NCBI GenBank assembly: GCA_032718475.1
Contig: JAUCBJ010006521.1
Span: 1-49,028, forward strand
Length of the DNA: 49,028 nt
Direction: 5' to 3'
Source of the DNA: Nemertoderma westbladi
Lineage: Eukaryota > Animalia > Xenacoelomorpha
The translations under genes were made by a program, and so were the position numbers. Below are positions 46,468-49,028 of this stretch, piece after piece (position 1 is the stretch's first letter; the number at the start of each line of letters is the position of its first letter). Below the pieces are notes generated by a model, which made no database searches, was not told the origin of the DNA, and saw only the letters and a program-made list of their open reading frames with translations.

Positions 46468-48978
46468 ATGCCGAACCCACAATCTATCGATGTATATAGT
46501 AAACTACCAGACACCAAACCACCTGATGGTAAGTTTAAACCACTAACGGAAAGCGTCGCCTCAAACGGCAGCAGCAGGTTTAACCGCTTATCTGAATCAG
46601 AAATCGAGGAGTCGCTTCCAACAAGAAACTCCCCATCCATTTATAGCAGAATGTTCCCAACAACGACAACATCTACGAAACCACCGGGCAACAAATTGCG
46701 TCGGCAATCAGCCATCATGGTGCATATCGCCGGGACCCGTTACGATGTTGTAAAGGAAGTCGCAGAGGAGATGGGATTCCGTACCACGGTCCTCGATAAG
46801 GATCTCACCGAGTGTTTCATTATTTGGAGCGACGCCTGCGTCCAAACCGAAGTGATATCCTCCTTAAAATCCTTCCAGCGTATTAACCACTTCCCGGGAA
46901 TGGGTGAGATTTGTCGGAAAGATTTTTTGGCGCGAAATTTAAGCAAAATGGCTCGTAAATTCCCCGACGAGTATAAATTCAGCCCCAAAACCTGGATCTT
47001 ACCCGCGGATTATACGAACTTACAGAATTACATCCAGGATTTGAAAGCAAAACGTAAAACTAAAACGTTTATAATAAAACCCTGCAACGGCTCTATGGGC
47101 CACGGGATTCAACTGTTCCGCAATTTGGATAAAATTCCCCACGACGAGATGAACGTAGTCCAGGAATACCTCGACAAGCCGCTCCTAATCGACGGTTACA
47201 AGTTCGACCTTCGCGTCTACGTCGTCATGACTTCATGCGACCCGTTACGGGCGTTCCTCTACAACGACGGGCTGGTGCGACTCAGTACGGAACCTTACGC
47301 CACGCCCTCCGAGGCCAACCTAGCCCGCAGCTGCATGCATCTAACCAACTACTCGCTCAACAAGTTCAGCGACAACTTTATCCGCAGCGAGGACATCGAC
47401 AAAGGAAGCAAGCGATCTATTAAGTACCTAATGGAATATTTATCCGATAAAGGTTTCGATGTGGATAAACTCTGGGCCGATATAAAGTCGGTTCTGGTGA
47501 AAACGTTATTGGTGGCGGAGCCGCACGTGTTGCACGGATACCGAGGCTGTCGTCCCGGGCAACCGCCCAACGCCCAGTCCGTCTGCTTCGAGGTCCTCGG
47601 CTTCGATATCTTCCTCGACCGCCGGTTGAAGCCTCATCTTATCGAGATAAACCGCGCACCGAGTTTCGGAACGGATTCACGAATCGACTACGATATAAAG
47701 AGCGGAATCCTCAGGGATTCCTTCCGACTGCTGCGCGTCCGGCCTTCCGATCGCCGGAAGAGCATCGCCTTGGATAAAGCGGAGAGTCAACGACGCCTCC
47801 ATCCCGCGGGCGAGTCCGGGAAAAAGTTATCCCGTCGACGTCGCGAGATTAACGACGAGTTATCGCGAGTTCGAAGAGAGAAACTCCGGTTCGAGTTCGA
47901 GAATCGGAACCTCGGTAACTTCCAGCGGCTGTTCCCGACGGAGGTCGAGGGATTAGCGAGTCGATACGAGGAGTTGATGAGGTTCGCCTTCCTCTCGACG
48001 CTCTCGGGAGGCCGATCCGTCGCGTTGCACAAGGACTACGCGACCGTCGCCACGAACAAACAGCGGGAGGAGGAGTTACTCCAGTTGCTGGAGGAGTGCG
48101 AGTTGGATGAGTCGAACGAGTCGTCACGGCCTAAACCGCTGTCGTCGATGCCTCCAGCGGAGACGCCCAGTCGTCGGAACGCTGAGACGACGACGGACGA
48201 GGAAGAGGAGCCCCGAAAACCGGTGGAGCGACGGAGACGATCGGGTTTGCTTCCGGCAACCCGGAGGATAGTCGCCCCCCGGAAGCCGCCGCCGGCGCGT
48301 CTCGCGTTCCCGCTGCGGAACCAGAACCTCCAGATGGGCGCGGAACGGAGCGGCGCGGAACGGAACGGGGACGACGATGAACGGATACGCGACGCGCTCT
48401 CGGCGCTCAACTCGCTGCGGATTAAATACCCCGGACGGGGCGACGTGGAGGCGGCCGATCGGCTCTGCGAGATAACCGCCAACTGGGGCTTCCATAAACC
48501 CCGGGTCGGCGCCTATTGGCTGGTTAAACTGGACGCGGTAAAACGGCGCCGCTTATTGGACATCGTCCAGGACAACGCGAGAGAGGTTGTTCGTAAAGTT
48601 TGGATGGTTAGCGAACCGGTGACGGTGCCGTTGTGGATGGCCGTCGTTAAAGTAATCAATCGGTTGCTATGGAACCACGGACAGGGTCTGTGGGCGGCCT
48701 TCGACCCCGGTACGGGAGACTCTGTCTGGGAGTCCACGCTGCTCAGGGATAAGACGCCCCCTAACGGAGTCACCCTGGACTGCTGTAGACGGGTGGTGCA
48801 GCTCGCCAAGGACTGTCTGCTGACAGTCTACCAGCTGTCCCTAGAGACCCGACCCCGTACAGACTCAATGGCCCAGACCGTGGTCCCCATTAGCTTCCCC
48901 AGCCCCTCCAGTTTGGCGCCTCTCAGCCAACGACTCATGAGAATCTACGGCAGAGAAGTTCCTTCGTATGCAAAGTAA
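46468..48978 (+). CDS. TTLL7: Tubulin polyglutamylase TTLL7-like, single-exon CDS
   Basis: 836 aa: QRINHFPGMGEICRKD, KFDLRVY, MHLTNYSLNK, VCFEVLGFDI..IEINRAPSFGTD..IDYD, and C-terminal NRLLWNHGQGLW characteristic of TTLL7. Confidence 0.92.
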   Translation: MPNPQSIDVYSKLPDTKPPDGKFKPLTESVASNGSSRFNRLSESEIEESLPTRNSPSIYSRMFPTTTTSTKPPGNKLRRQSAIMVHIAGTRYDVVKEVAEEMGFRTTVLDKDLTECFIIWSDACVQTEVISSLKSFQRINHFPGMGEICRKDFLARNLSKMARKFPDEYKFSPKTWILPADYTNLQNYIQDLKAKRKTKTFIIKPCNGSMGHGIQLFRNLDKIPHDEMNVVQEYLDKPLLIDGYKFDLRVYVVMTSCDPLRAFLYNDGLVRLSTEPYATPSEANLARSCMHLTNYSLNKFSDNFIRSEDIDKGSKRSIKYLMEYLSDKGFDVDKLWADIKSVLVKTLLVAEPHVLHGYRGCRPGQPPNAQSVCFEVLGFDIFLDRRLKPHLIEINRAPSFGTDSRIDYDIKSGILRDSFRLLRVRPSDRRKSIALDKAESQRRLHPAGESGKKLSRRRREINDELSRVRREKLRFEFENRNLGNFQRLFPTEVEGLASRYEELMRFAFLSTLSGGRSVALHKDYATVATNKQREEELLQLLEECELDESNESSRPKPLSSMPPAETPSRRNAETTTDEEEEPRKPVERRRRSGLLPATRRIVAPRKPPPARLAFPLRNQNLQMGAERSGAERNGDDDERIRDALSALNSLRIKYPGRGDVEAADRLCEITANWGFHKPRVGAYWLVKLDAVKRRRLLDIVQDNAREVVRKVWMVSEPVTVPLWMAVVKVINRLLWNHGQGLWAAFDPGTGDSVWESTLLRDKTPPNGVTLDCCRRVVQLAKDCLLTVYQLSLETRPRTDSMAQTVVPISFPSPSSLAPLSQRLMRIYGREVPSYAK

Positions 48979-49028
48979 TTTTGGTGCACCTGAAGTTTCT
49001 ATAGATTTTTGTATTTAAATTAAATAGA

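Overview
AT-rich, repeat-dense eukaryotic DNA, most likely from an invertebrate animal (TRAF, SYAP1, TTLL7, BHMT-like genes; CR1- and RTE-type LINEs). It holds eight host genes: the first exon of a BHMT-like gene, SYAP1, a TRAF, POLE2, IWS1, a SETMAR-type SET-only methyltransferase, TMEM50 and TTLL7. All seven complete genes have intronless CDSs although the intergenic DNA is not compact. The spacers hold LINE fragments, non-autonomous DNA elements with readable TIRs/TSDs (hAT, MULE, Tc1/mariner-like, CACTA-like, piggyBac-like), a 3.6-kb foldback element and satellites. Main leads: (1) apparent wholesale CDS intron loss, with splice signals only at 5' ends; (2) a Pol II CTD-like heptad repeat (QSPESPQ) in IWS1; (3) a TGT-flanked element family, including a copy inserted into itself in reverse; (4) a CTCF-like motif array with ~146-bp period inside that family; (5) the SET gene bracketed by ~670-bp inverted repeats. 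All calls were made by eye without database searches, so repeat boundaries are approximate unless a TSD is given.
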